Assembly: GCF_964204645.1 (NCBI RefSeq) | Contig: NC_134033.1 | Coordinates: forward strand, 3,120,131-3,184,130 | DNA length: 64,000 nt | Source: Tubulanus polymorphus | Lineage: Eukaryota > Animalia > Nemertea | Direction of reading: 5' to 3' | Shown here: positions 45,358 through 57,142 of the stretch, piece by piece | How positions within the stretch are numbered: the first letter of the stretch is position 1 | Layout: each line of letters starts with the position of its first letter | Position numbers and translations under genes: made by a program | Notes under the pieces: generated by a model | What the model was told of the DNA's origin: nothing | The model's database searches: none | The model's input: only the letters and a program-made list of their open reading frames with translations

Positions 45358-45462
45358 GATCCAGTTCCACAGTCATGAGTTACAGTTAACTCTGAGTCGA
45401 AATTTGTTCCTTTTCAATGAGTTAACTCAGAGTCAAATCTTAAGTCAGAACTGTGGAACTGG
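45358..45462. mobile_element. Harbinger-type MITE (family shared with 46396-46504)
   Basis: TCCAGTTCCACAGT..ACTGTGGAACTGGA TIRs. Confidence 0.65.
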
Positions 45463-45619
45463 AGATTTTGGAAAAGTGCCCTTCTTCCAAAATTATTGTT
45501 GTTTCCTTAAGAACTGGCCTTTTCGGGTTTCTCTAACCCACCACCCCCCCCCCCTCCCGCCACAAACATTTAAAAGCTGGTACGGCCCGAATATAGTTCT
45601 TCGTAACGACCGATCTATC

Positions 45620-46320
45620 GCGTGGAGCTTTCACGATCTGGTGCACGCACCGTGGAGACGCGTGTATTAGTATCGGGTGATTCTAGACTGATTAGTTTAC
45701 CCCTGCGCTTGTAAATTGGAAGCTCAATCTTTGCCGGTGACATTTGCGCCCGACTGAAATAAAAAAAAAAAATATGTGCCCTTTTGACGAATCGCTATAA
45801 AAATGTCGCAGGTTTATATTATCGTAGGTTTTATGGTTGAGCCACACGAATGGCCTATCGAAGATCGATTAAAACCACGCGATCGTTTGTCGGATTCAAT
45901 GAAATGGCGCGGGCTTCATTGAGAAGGATATAAAAAATGAAATCGAATTCATCGTCACCGTAAACATTACAAGCAGAACACAACCTATCGTTTCGATCTC
46001 ACGGATGAAAATGATTCTTAAAAAGAAAAAAATTCTCTTTGTATTTTCCAACTTAAGATGTAAAAATATCTAACTTTAAGAGGTTTCGAATTCTGCACTA
46101 ATTTATTCAGTAAGCTTCCACGCTCACACACGAAAGCAATAAGCTTACTTTGAATTTGTGAAACGGCTTTTCCTGGATATCTAATCAGTTGTTGTTGAGT
46201 AAATTTGTAGCATTGATTATTGACTCGAAGTCGACTACCACTGACAGAATGCTAATGTTTAACTGGCTTCTCATATATCTATTAGTCAGAGACAGCTGTG
46301 CACATGGTGTCAACCGTACG
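45620..46320 (-). pseudogene. internally deleted paralog remnant of the 47331-50057 gene
   Basis: 45620-45860 resembles the last exon, its acceptor and adjoining intron (47365-47630, frameshifted). It is joined to ~45990-46320, which resembles the upstream region ~50330-50650. Confidence 0.6.
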
Positions 46321-46395
46321 ATTTTTACCATTCGAAAATTCACGATAGCAACAACAGTAAAAACATCGTTTTCTGATGAGTAGAATAGAGCTCTG

Positions 46396-46504
46396 GGTCC
46401 AGTTCCACAGTTCTGAGTTAAGATTTGACCCTGAGTTAACTCATTGAAAATGAACTAACTTTAACTCAGAGTCAACTCTAACTCACAACTGTGGAACTGG
46501 GTCC
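46396..46504. mobile_element. Harbinger-type MITE
   Basis: GGTCCAGTTCCACAGTT..AACTGTGGAACTGGGTCC. Confidence 0.7.
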
Positions 46505-46507
46505 AGT

Positions 46508-46711
46508 AAGATAAAAACCCACTACGTATAAATTAAAAAAATTTCAAAATCGATATTTAATTTCTAAAATGTGAAATACACGACGATTCGATCTCGCCCA
46601 CACCTGACGATGATCTCTGCGGTGAGGTCGTAACGTCGTGTATTTTACATTTAGAAATAAATTCTCGATTTTGAAATTCTTTTGATTTGTACACAAAGTG
46701 GATTTTTATCT
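46508..46711. mobile_element. Penelope-like inverted terminal repeat remnant with degenerate hammerhead
   Basis: ~90-bp inverted arms. Plus strand ACAC-CUGACGA-UGAUCUC(..)GAGGUC-GUAAC-GUC-GUGU, with GAAA mutated to GUAA. Confidence 0.55.
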
Positions 46712-47330
46712 CATTATCCGTGCACCACGTTTGAGTGTGGTTATCGTACTAGATTAGAGCTATTATTGCGAACGTTTTCGGGATTTCGGTCATGGTGTAT
46801 ATAACTGAACCTTGAAAGCATACACCCTTCATTGGTGTATTACATTGCCCAACATTTCTTGGGCGGACGGGTTGCCGTTTAGCTGTTGGCAGATGCTTTG
46901 ATAGTCACCGGTAGTTCCGCTACGGATCCGATAAGCTAGATATATGGACTGGTTGCCGTTCAGCGGCGAACTGTCCGCCCAAGAAACTTTGGCCAAACTT
47001 TGTAATTTACGGCCGGGTTTCGTGTTGGCGTGAGTTTCGGCGGGCGGCGGTCAAACCCTGGCAATCGAGGATGGCAATGCTTAGACAAAACAAAGCGAGT
47101 CATTTCCGGGACCAGTCTTTGGTCAGGCCAAACGAGCACAGGTTCATTTGGCAACCGTAATGAACGGTTGTTCCCGGGCCAAAGTTCATTTCAATGACTC
47201 CCTAGCCGAATCGTAACTCGTCGAACCAGTAAAAGAATTTAAAAAAACTGTTTATTTCACAAGTTAGAATTACTTTATTCGCATTTATCTGGACACAGAA
47301 GAAAAAACCCTGATTTTTTTAAACCACAGA

Positions 47331-50057
47331 TCAGTCATAATACGGCCTAGTGTTCACCATTTTATTGTACGGGGCTTTCATGCACACGATCTGTAGGTAA
47401 CACCCGCCGTACAGACACGTGTATGAACCGCCACGGAACGAAACCGGTTCTACCGAGCAACTGTTCGAGTACTTTCTGCCGTCGAAATTTCCGAGTCTAA
47501 TCTTAACCGGTAACCTGTGCGCCCAGCTGAAATAGAAAAAGAAAATGTGTGCACCAGATGGCTCGCAAAAAAAAAATCCTGTTTGATTGTCGGATATATG
47601 AGTTAGCCGCCCGAATGGGTTACCGACACGCTACGCCGCTACTTCCACTGGGCTCCACCAGGTGCGCTAGTGTACATCGCAATAAATGTTTTTTTCTAGT
47701 ACAGCGACGAACGTAAAAAATGTCAATCATTGTGTATGCTGCGTGAACGTATTTCTATAGCACGTGAATGTATGTTAGCATCTTTATGTTTTCAAAAGCT
47801 TTTATGATGATGTTGATGATGATGATGATGATGATGAAATACTATTGACATAGCGCCAATTTTACTGGTTCAATGTCCAAAGGTGCTTTAATTTAATGTA
47901 TTAAGCAGGTTTGTTTTTGGGAGTTGTCTGAATACATCCAGATCGGGTTCAAGACGAATATTTTAGGTAGAGCATTCCAAATGTCATGAGCAAGAAATCC
48001 GACGAAGGATCGTCCGCCAAAGGTGCCAAGTTCATAGTTTTAGAATGTTCCGATCCAGATCTAAGTTGACGAGCAGGTGAATATTTTTGGAGAAGTTTGT
48101 GGAGATAATCGGAAGCTAATCCACGGTAGCATTTGAAAGCGATCAGGAACAGTTTAAACTTGATCCTTTTTATTGCTAACTCAATTAGAATCCAACCATC
48201 CTTTCTCACATTCTTTGGACGGAACGGTTGGTCAAATAATGTAGACAAGTAATTTGTATCTTTTTTTGACGCGAAGGCTTAGAATTTACGTCTGGATGTT
48301 ACAGTGGTGCCGTCTGGCGGGCTAGCTGGTGTGCTAGAGGAAGCACTTTTGAGCACATGGAGATTCCTCCCGTGGCAATCGAGGGTCCGGTAGGTGCGCT
48401 AGTGTATAACGCGCGTCTGCTCTATCCATCGGAAAAATAAGATGAACTTACGGATAGTGGTACATGCATCCAACTAGTTGAAGGTGTGAAGGACAGCCGA
48501 TCATCGGCTGCTGTTCTAAAGATGTCGTCTGTAGAACTGTGTATCCTTTATCAAGCGGTATCTCTTCACAAATCGCTTTAGCCTATACAAATAAATACCG
48601 TAGGCCTGCATTACTTATTCGTGACATCATTCTGATTACAATTTTGGAGTCTTTATTTCAGTTCAGATTTTCAATCAAAACCTCAGGTGGCAGTATAGAG
48701 AATCGCAAACCCGGTTATGAATTGTATATAAATGTAGACGAATCACAGTGCGGATAAGATACATAGTCTCCAACCGTATCGTATGAGTGTGGAGGGAAAA
48801 AATTATTTTTTTCACAAAGGAAACATATAATCTTCAATATATGCACCAACACACTACAGGGGCGATCAGTTATTAATGTCAAAACCTTCTTAAAAGATTT
48901 GATAATTGACTACGAGGTATAATTGACTACTAGCGGATCTACATTCGCCGCAAGTGGAATCCTCGATTGCCGCAGAAGCATTTAAGATTCCCTAATTACG
49001 GGCTGATTCAGTGATCCGGCTTACCTTAGTTCTTCCTTTCCCATTCATGTGAAAGGCGGTACAGGTTCGACCGTTGTTTGAAATGACCGCGCCGTCGCAA
49101 GTTCCCAAATCGTGACACGAACAGGAGGTAATCTTGAAACCCGACGGGCAGTGGACGGCGCTAGGCGCATCGTCGCGCGAGCCGCTTTGCGGGCCTTCTA
49201 CGGTCGTAGTCCGAGCAGATACCACTGAAAAGAAAACATGGAAATAAGTATTCAAGAAACTTGTAAAGTTCTGGCGTGACCATCTTAATTTAGGTATCAA
49301 TCTACAATCTATTTCCCCTTCAGACAGTGAGATTTTTATTTGAAATTGACTGGTTATAATGTCGAATGTCTGGTGTTTGTAGTTCATTTCAATTGAAAAT
49401 GTCTTAAGTGAAGTTCATGGGCCGGTTACATAGTCATGGCTTAGACTTAAGACCAGTCTAAGACCAAGTTAGTTCTATAGCCAATCTAACAGCTTGAGAC
49501 CGGTCTTAAGATTTAAGACCACTTTTGAACCTAAGTCACGACTGTGCAACCGGCCCCCGAACACATGCGAAGTGTGGACGATCAGCTTTTGAAAGTGCGC
49601 TGATAAAATGTCTAATTCTAGTGGTTTAGTTCATTTTCAATTGAGAATGTCTCATAGTTAGTTCTGAACACATGTGAAGTGCGAACGATCAGTTTTTGAA
49701 ATTGCGCTGATAAAATTTCCAATGTCTGGTGCTTTTAGTTCATTTTCGATTAAAAATGTCTCAGTCGAAGTACTGAACATATGTGAAGTGTGGACGATCA
49801 GTTTTTGAAAGCGTAAGCTACCGATAATATTTATTTCTAATATTTTATTTCGAATGTCTAAACCGGGTACTGCAGGACGCAGACTTGCGGATTCATATCA
49901 TTGATATAAAGTTACGGTCACAACGTCACGCAAAATTATCGTTCTTTTTTGAAATCGAATGGTAATTGAACTGTTTTGCATACTTACCAGACGGCCGCGG
50001 AAATAATGCAAGTAGTGCTACAGCTGAAATACAAGCAGATATACTATATGGTTTCAT
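47331..50057 (-). CDS. small secreted Cys-rich protein with two resistin/PCSK9-C-terminal-like modules; exons 50057-49988, 49224-49025, 48582-48452, 47526-47331; 198 aa
   Basis: Phase-compatible GT-AG junctions. Signal MKPYSISACISAVALLALFPRPSVVSA; module 1 SGSRDDAPSAVHCPSGFKITSCSC..CDGA..CTAFH..AKAIC; module 2 GCPSHLQLVGCMYHYPW..C..C..C.LQIVC; AATAAA at 47279-47274. Fold call is by motif recall. Confidence 0.8.
47806..48200 (-). mobile_element. 3' fragment of an L2/CR1-group LINE
   Basis: RIKFKLFLIAFKCYRGLASDYLHKLLQKYSPARQLRS resembles the L2-type ORF2 C-terminus; ends GGCGCTATGTCAATAG..(CAT)n. Confidence 0.7.
49419..49556. mobile_element. PIF/Harbinger-type MITE inserted in a ~107-bp tandem repeat (49350-49812)
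   Basis: GGGCCGGTTACATAGTCATG..CACGACTGTGCAACCGGCCC; GAACAYATG recurs at 49559, 49666 and 49775. Confidence 0.7.
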
Positions 50058-51760
50058 TATGTCAAAAAATTAAGGCCTCGACCATAGTTACTAAAGTTAC
50101 ATGTTTACCGTACATGATAATAGATTTAGATTCATGAATTACTAAGTATAATTTCTAATATATATATATATATCGGAAGTTCCACAGTCCTTGATTTTGA
50201 ATATAGCAATTAAAGAGAACATTTGGGATAAACCCGAGCATGTTGAACCCTGAAACCCGTTCACCGTTGATACTAATGAATATCGTCCTAATATGTCCTA
50301 AATGACCCGTACCTGCAAGAATGATCGATTTAACCTCCATGATGAACCGAAAAAAGAAATTCCTTGAAAGAAAAAACTATTTTCTAGCCGCCTTTTTCGA
50401 CTTCAAATTTAAAATGCGTAGTTTTAAGACTAAGATTTAAAATTCTAAAGCATTGATTAGCAAGCGTTCAAGCACTAATACACTAAAACAATAAACCTGC
50501 TATTTTCATGCACGTTTTCGTGGATATTTAATCATTCGTAATTGAATACATTTGTAAATTTGATAATTGACTTCAAATCAATCACCATCGACAGCATGTT
50601 AATATTTAATGAGTCGCTTCTGGAATATCAATTAGCGAACAGCTGTTTTAGACGTATATTTTTCGAATTCGAGAAGTCTTTGAACTCGATACGATGTTCG
50701 ATCTACGTCTCATCCACAGACCCTATCGTCCACGCACAACCTTTAGAAATAATAGGCGAATTTATCACATATCAAATTAAATTTGATTTTAAGTAAAATC
50801 GTATTTATCTTGTCATAATCAAATTTTATTTGGTCTAATCTTTGAATATAACACGGCATCGAATTCAAATCGATTTGTCAAATCATCAAATCACCTCGAG
50901 AGGTGATTTGATACGATTTGAAGATGGTGGACTCAAAAATCTTTTTCTCGAAGAACTAATATGATGGCCAAAACTGGAACAGAAACTGAAACTCATTCAT
51001 AGGAAATAATACTTTAGAAATCGGGGCAGTATTTTCTTGTCAGCTGTTTGGTGAGCAAGTCATCAAATTCACCCAGTTGTGCAAATCCTATTTGATTAGA
51101 TTACACGTGACTAGCAAATTATGATTAGGAAAATCAAATCTGATTTGACGAGATAACTTCGCTTATGCATTTTCTCGCGAATACGTTATCATTTGGATGC
51201 TATGAACAACCTGGGCCAACATCGGTTTTCGGAGTTAGTCGACTAACTAAGTGAAACCGAATGTTAATTACATGTTGTCGGAACTATATTCTGGAAATAG
51301 TTCGGAAATTAGGCGCATTCGGTGTTTCGTTCCGTCCACTAGATACGAAAACCGAATTTGGCCTCGGATGTAAAAACAGTACTCGATTTTTGCATATGTT
51401 AATATATAGTTCCTGTCTGTTACGATAGATGGCGAATTGGTAGAAACATATTCGCAAACGGGCTCGAATCCCAGCCGAGGAAAGGATGATGTCCAATACA
51501 GTTTTTACGATTTGATCTAATTACTCCTTGCCTGCCAGGCCTATTTTTTCAGGAAATCCTGCGCTTTGCCAGGATTTCCGTGTTTTTCAGAGATTGATAA
51601 AACAAAAACTTGAAGAGATATCTTCATCAAATTTGTTTTATTTTGCTCATCTGGTCTTGCTGTCTCATGTAGAATAAGCAGAATTTCTTCTAAGAATGAT
51701 AAATCTGCAGCAATCACTAGTGCAGAGGGGGTATTTTGCAGAAAATATGCCCATCATCCA

Positions 51761-51839
51761 TGCGTGTTCAGTCCCCATTTCAATAGATGACGTCACTAAC
51801 TTAGTGACGTCATCTATTGAAATCGGGACTGAACACGCA
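51761..51839. repeat. near-perfect 79-bp palindrome
   Basis: 39-bp arms around C51800 with one mismatch; contains TGACGTCA twice. Confidence 0.9.
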
Positions 51840-53528
51840 AAACACTGCGTAGAAGGACTGATGACACTTCAAAAAGCATTCAACTGTTTGTACGGCGAGG
51901 AATTCGCCATCTATCGTTAGAGTTAAGAACCGAGTCAACCGTCCCAGTACGTTTTTTGCAGACGAGATAATAGCCAAACACACTCAGATAAAGTGCTTAG
52001 CCGAAGGCCTGCTCTTATTTTACGATTATTTTACAAAACACAGCCCATCATCCATATTGCTATATACATGTAAACTGCATGCGTTGGTACTAGTTAGTTA
52101 CCTAATCGTTGGTGGTAAGCTTTTTTTATAGTCGGATGGGCTTATGTGGTTTGTGAAAATATCCGATCGTGAAACTTAACCACAGACAGGTTACTGACTA
52201 GCGTTGGTACCTGCCTTCAAGCCGCAGAAATCAAGCTCACCTTACGATAACAACAGAGATAAAAAACAAACCAGAAACAAAATTCATCATACTGGTAATC
52301 ATAATAATTATTATTATCATTAAAATATAATAATTGAACATATAATCATTAGATATTTACACAGAAAGTTTGTTTTCTTGTACAAGTAAAAAATATATAC
52401 ACATAACAGGTACCAAGTTAAATAGACTCAAAGTTGCAACTTTACAAACAGCTCTATTTTAATCATTCCTAGTTTTCACCAGCGCCCCCTAGTTCCCACT
52501 ACAAATGTAAAGACGGTCAGATGCGCAGTTTGCTATAGTAATACATCGAAACCTTACAGTTTTTGCCACTAATTTCCATAAAAGTTTAATCATCGGTTCA
52601 TAATTTGAGTTTAAAAAAAACAAACGAAACACTTTAAATACTGCAAGTGACAAATCAGACGTTTTCTACGCTCAACATCAAACGACGATTTCATTTTTTG
52701 GAACACAGGCCGGTAAAAAACATTTGAGGCAGGTTTCAATTTCGATTCGGGAATTCTCTTCAGGCACATTCAATCATTTCAACCGGAATACGCTCAACCT
52801 ACGGATCCAAGATTTTTTTTGTAGAAGAACCCTTTCAGTGCTGACTAATCAATACCCCATAGTGCTGGAGGATAATTTGAAATATTCGAAAATTCCACCC
52901 TAGTGTGTTTAATAACGGGAATACCGCTATAGTGCGTCTACACCTCGGTGCGGTGTTTCGTTAGTTACTAGTATTTCACTATGTTTGACATGCGCTGCCA
53001 TCTTTAATAGAGATAAAAACTAATTACAATTTACATCAATAAACTGCAGTACGGTGTACTAGCAAAATCCATCACCGATTCATACACCGCACTGCGGTGT
53101 AGACACACTGAAGGGGATAAGGATCCTTGAAAAGACATATTAGTAAATAAGGCATCACATTCGAAAAATCATGGATGGTAAATTTCAAAGCATTTCCAAG
53201 TTAAGTAAAACAATTTTCATAATCCTACTCGAGTTATTCATATAATTCAGAAACGCAAAACTGAAAACATTTGAGGATCTTGCGCATGGCGCACACGACT
53301 CGGGCTCTGCGCATGACCTATTCCAGAAGGGTATCAGAAAACCTGATAGAAGCGACCCGTAGAGAGTTCGGCAGATTTTGATCGGTCTCTGCCGATTCTG
53401 AAATAGCTGTAAACCTGATAGCAGTTTGTAATCGAATATTGATATTCCTAAACCGGAATACGTCCGATCGAAACCTGCCTTCCGGAAGAATTCCGAAAAA
53501 AAAAGAAATCCTCGAACTTCCGCGACGA

Positions 53529-53819
53529 TCAATGAGTGACGATGTTCAACGGTTCAGCTTTGATCGCCGCGAAGTCCAGAGCGCCGTCGATACCGTCGTC
53601 GATCTCGCCGACGACGGCGACGTTGTCGCCGCGTATGATGTACAACCCGAGCACGACCTGCTCCATGCCCTGCGTAGTGCTGAACACGCGTTCGTGTGAC
53701 TCGTCCAGAATCAGGTTGATCGTCTGATCGAATCCCTTCAGCTGCCCGACGATGATTCGTCCGTCCGCCGTGATCACCGAAACCGTTTTGTTGACGTATT
53801 TCTCCAAATCGGACGCCAT
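53529..53819 (-). CDS. LSM8: U6 snRNA-associated Sm-like protein LSm8, 96 aa, single coding exon
   Basis: MASDLEKYVNKTVSVITADGRIIVGQLKGFDQTINLILDESHERVFS..GLYIIRGDNVAVVGEID..IKAEPL. Probable 5'UTR intron: acceptor at 53853-53854, donor GTGAGT at 54326-54321. Confidence 0.96.
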   Translation of the reverse strand: MASDLEKYVNKTVSVITADGRIIVGQLKGFDQTINLILDESHERVFSTTQGMEQVVLGLYIIRGDNVAVVGEIDDGIDGALDFAAIKAEPLNIVTH

Positions 53820-54724
53820 TTTCTTTCGATTTTTTTTGCTTTCGACCGGCGACTGAAAAAAAAAAAAACATCGAAATGAAAACGTGAGGATTGTAATAAA
53901 GATAATCACGGTGCACAAGACAGGCCACCGAAGTCGGAACAGAAAAAGTTAAATCGCAACAAAAATATCCCCTGTCCGTTCTAAGGAACATTCATTACGT
54001 ACGCATTAGGGGAGGGGGAAGGGGGTGAAGTTCTTTGCGTACTGTAATGCTTAATGTTTATGAAAAAAATGGCCGATTTACGTACAGGGGGGGAGGGGGG
54101 GTAGGTAGAAAAAGTCAAATTTCATGCGTACGTACTGAATGAATGATCCCCAAAGCATATCTGAAATTTCACTTGCCCCCTCAAAAATCAACTTGCCCTA
54201 AACAGGCAGTCCGATTGGTGGCACTATCATCCATAGTATCGAGTGGGAAAAAACCTTTGATATATGATATTGCTGCGCGGACAAGTGATAATTGTAACCT
54301 ACTTGCCCTCATTAAAATATACTCACCCCGGGCAATCGGACCCTGCATGTAAATCTGATTTCGCAAAAGGAAAATTCATGTTTTCCTACTTTGATGTCAA
54401 AACAGGGATTAAAAACCTCGATTAAAAAATAAACAGGGAACCATAATCCTTTTTATCAAATAGGCTGGGGGAGGTCCATAGATGTCTAACAGTGGCAGAG
54501 GTCTACTAACAGTGGCGGATGTAGGGCACCTCACATGCCTCGCGTGAGGCACTCAAAAAAATCCAAAATGCCCTTCGTGGAAAGAAAAAAAATTTCGAAA
54601 TAATTTGAAAACTTTTCAAATGTCTTATCAGGCAAAATGTCCCGAGGGTTTGCCTCTAACAAATGAGTGGCACTGGTACCATAACTGCAGCTCCCTGGCG
54701 ACGAGGGACACCTAGCTGCAGTTT

Positions 54725-55778
54725 CGCGACTTAGAGAATTCAAGGAAAATGTGGAGAACAGAGTAAGAGAAAATAGAGCGGATAGAGCGAGACTCGAACC
54801 CGGGCCGGTAAATTACTAGCATAACGTCTGCCCACTAGACCACCGAGCTCGCTGAAAACCAACCGAATGTTTTAACTAGATATAATACCTCACCTTACCC
54901 TTATCCTATCCCTAGGGGTAAAACGGAACCCTCTGGACCCTCTTCTCACCCTCTCAACAGGGACTCGAACCTGATGGCATCGCTACACTCAGCCACGGCA
55001 CGAACCCCTGCACCAGTAGACCGGGTGCGCAGGTACATGCGCAGCTTTCCGAACGAAAACTGGCGGCACCAATCAGATTGCTCGTTGTATAATCGTTGAG
55101 GCAAATTTCAAGGAAGAACTATAAATGGGAAAACCCGGGCTAAAATAAAACGGGATTTCTGATTGGCTAAAAATCACATCATCTGAACTGCGCATGTATC
55201 TGCGCACACGGTCGATTATGGCAGGGTTTCGTGCCGTGGCAATCTCGATGCCATCAGGTTCGAATCCCTGCCGGGGGAGGATGTCTCAACACTAGCCCTA
55301 TCGAAACCCTAAACCTAAACTCAATATAATGATTTTATTGTTACTTTTATTCGTTAATACGATATATATAGTAATAATGTATGGTGAATTAAAAAAGTGG
55401 AAGCAAATACTTTGGATCGATTTAAAACAAAGTGGCTACATTAACGGCGTCGTAAAGCAGTCGTGAATTCTATATTTACGACGGTTTTATAATGAATTTA
55501 GGATTATGGTCTAGAGAAGAGAGGATTAGCGTCAAGCGGGTGAGAAGAGGGTCCAGAGGGTTAGGGTAAGGGTCCGTTTTACCCCCTAGGGATAGGATAA
55601 GGGTAAGGTGAGGTATTATATCTAGTTAAAACATTCGGTTGGTTTTCAGCGAGCTCGGTGGTCTAGTGGGCAGACGCTATGCTAGTAATTTACAGGCCCG
55701 GGTTCGAGTCTTGCTCTATCCGCTCTATTTTCTCTAACTCTGTTCTCCACACTTGCCTTGAATTTTTCACAAGTCGCG
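54725..55778. mobile_element. foldback element with nested inverted repeats carrying four tRNA-like modules
   Basis: Outer arms 54725-54951 / 55538-55778 and inner arms 54958-55044 / 55188-55270, each with A/B-box-like motifs. Confidence 0.75.
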
Positions 55779-55837
55779 CACCCTAATGCACATGCGCAAC
55801 GTGCATAAGCCAATCAGAATGAAACGTCGTAAATATA

Positions 55838-56387
55838 ACTAATGTCTATTTATTAATTGATGAGACCTGTTTTTCTTGGATATTTTGCTTACTTTTTGGG
55901 GTACATACCTCATTTATGTCTTAACAGAATGCCAAAAATCGCGGACAACAACTGAATATCCGATATATTTCCAGTTCTGTACCAATTGGATGGATTGGCA
56001 AAAAGACTCCTTAAGTCCAGTTGAATGAGAGAGAAAATCCTCCATTTTGTCAAATTTCTTGGATTTGAACATTGTTACCATGCCTACGCCACCCTGATTT
56101 AGTTGTTGAGACCCCACAAGAAAAATAACTTCATTTCGTAGGCATGGTGACAATGTAAAAATTTAAGAAATTTCACAAAATGGAGGATTTTCTCTCTCAT
56201 TCAACTGGACTTAAGGAGTCTTTTTGCCAATCCATCTAATTGGTACAGAACTGGAAATATATCGGATATTCAGTTGTTGTCCGTGATTTTTGGCATTCTG
56301 TTAAGACATAAATGAGGTATGTACCCCAAAAAGTAAGCAAAATATCCAAGAAAAACAGGTCTCATCAATTAATAAATAGACATTAGT
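55838..56387. mobile_element. young palindromic MITE (~250-bp arms, ~47-bp loop)
   Basis: ACTAATGTCTATTTATTAATTGATGAGACC.. is mirrored almost perfectly by ..GGTCTCATCAATTAATAAATAGACATTAGT. Confidence 0.9.
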
Positions 56388-57142
56388 GTCATTCGTTTAC
56401 GGCGCCGTAAAAATAGCCTGAGCGATTTAAAAAACGAGAATTGGATTTGATTGATTTTCAAGAATCTGATTTCGACGCGATATTTCCATATTTTTACTCA
56501 CTTCAAAAACTTCCAACTGGTATGATCTATTTCTTCTCACTCTAAACTTTCTTCTGCGGAACTTTCGGCGTCTGAATGCTGTTTACCGGGTTCAAAATGA
56601 TGAATCTAAAACGTTTCGACGCCGGTTTCGATTTTTTGTCGATGGTAAAATGTACGATGTCGGCGGAAGATGTCTCGTTCCTGGGAACAATTCAAATTAT
56701 TTATTGATCAATCCAACATTAAATTAGTTTATTCTTCAACGGAAATTCAATGTAATTATATTGCTAAGCGGGCCGAACCCGATGCTTAGTTTTACGTTGA
56801 TTTTAAAAAGGGTTTTCTATTGTATTCTTAGTGAATTCATCTTTTTCCGCTTTGCAAATCCGTCTCCTACAGATTCGTAATAAAAGCTTGTAAGTAACAA
56901 TTTCCGTGAAAGCGCTCTGAACCAGTACTGGGACTTCCGTGCATTTGTCCATCTATTTCAAAACTCAAATTACTTACAAAACCGACCGCAACGCAGAACT
57001 ACTATGAATGGTAACGCGGTATGATTTTGATATTGTGCCGGATAAATGCGCCATGCGCGATTCCTGGCTAGAACCGGCTAGCTGAGTGGTGACGGTCTCA
57101 GCCCACGCGAGAAGTTGCAGGAGAGATTAATTAACTTGCGAC

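Noticed and set aside
53439-53991. Alternative-frame and antisense ORFs over LSm8, and the 129-aa N-terminally extended version
   Set aside because: Shadows of GC-rich coding sequence; the extension crosses a splice acceptor.
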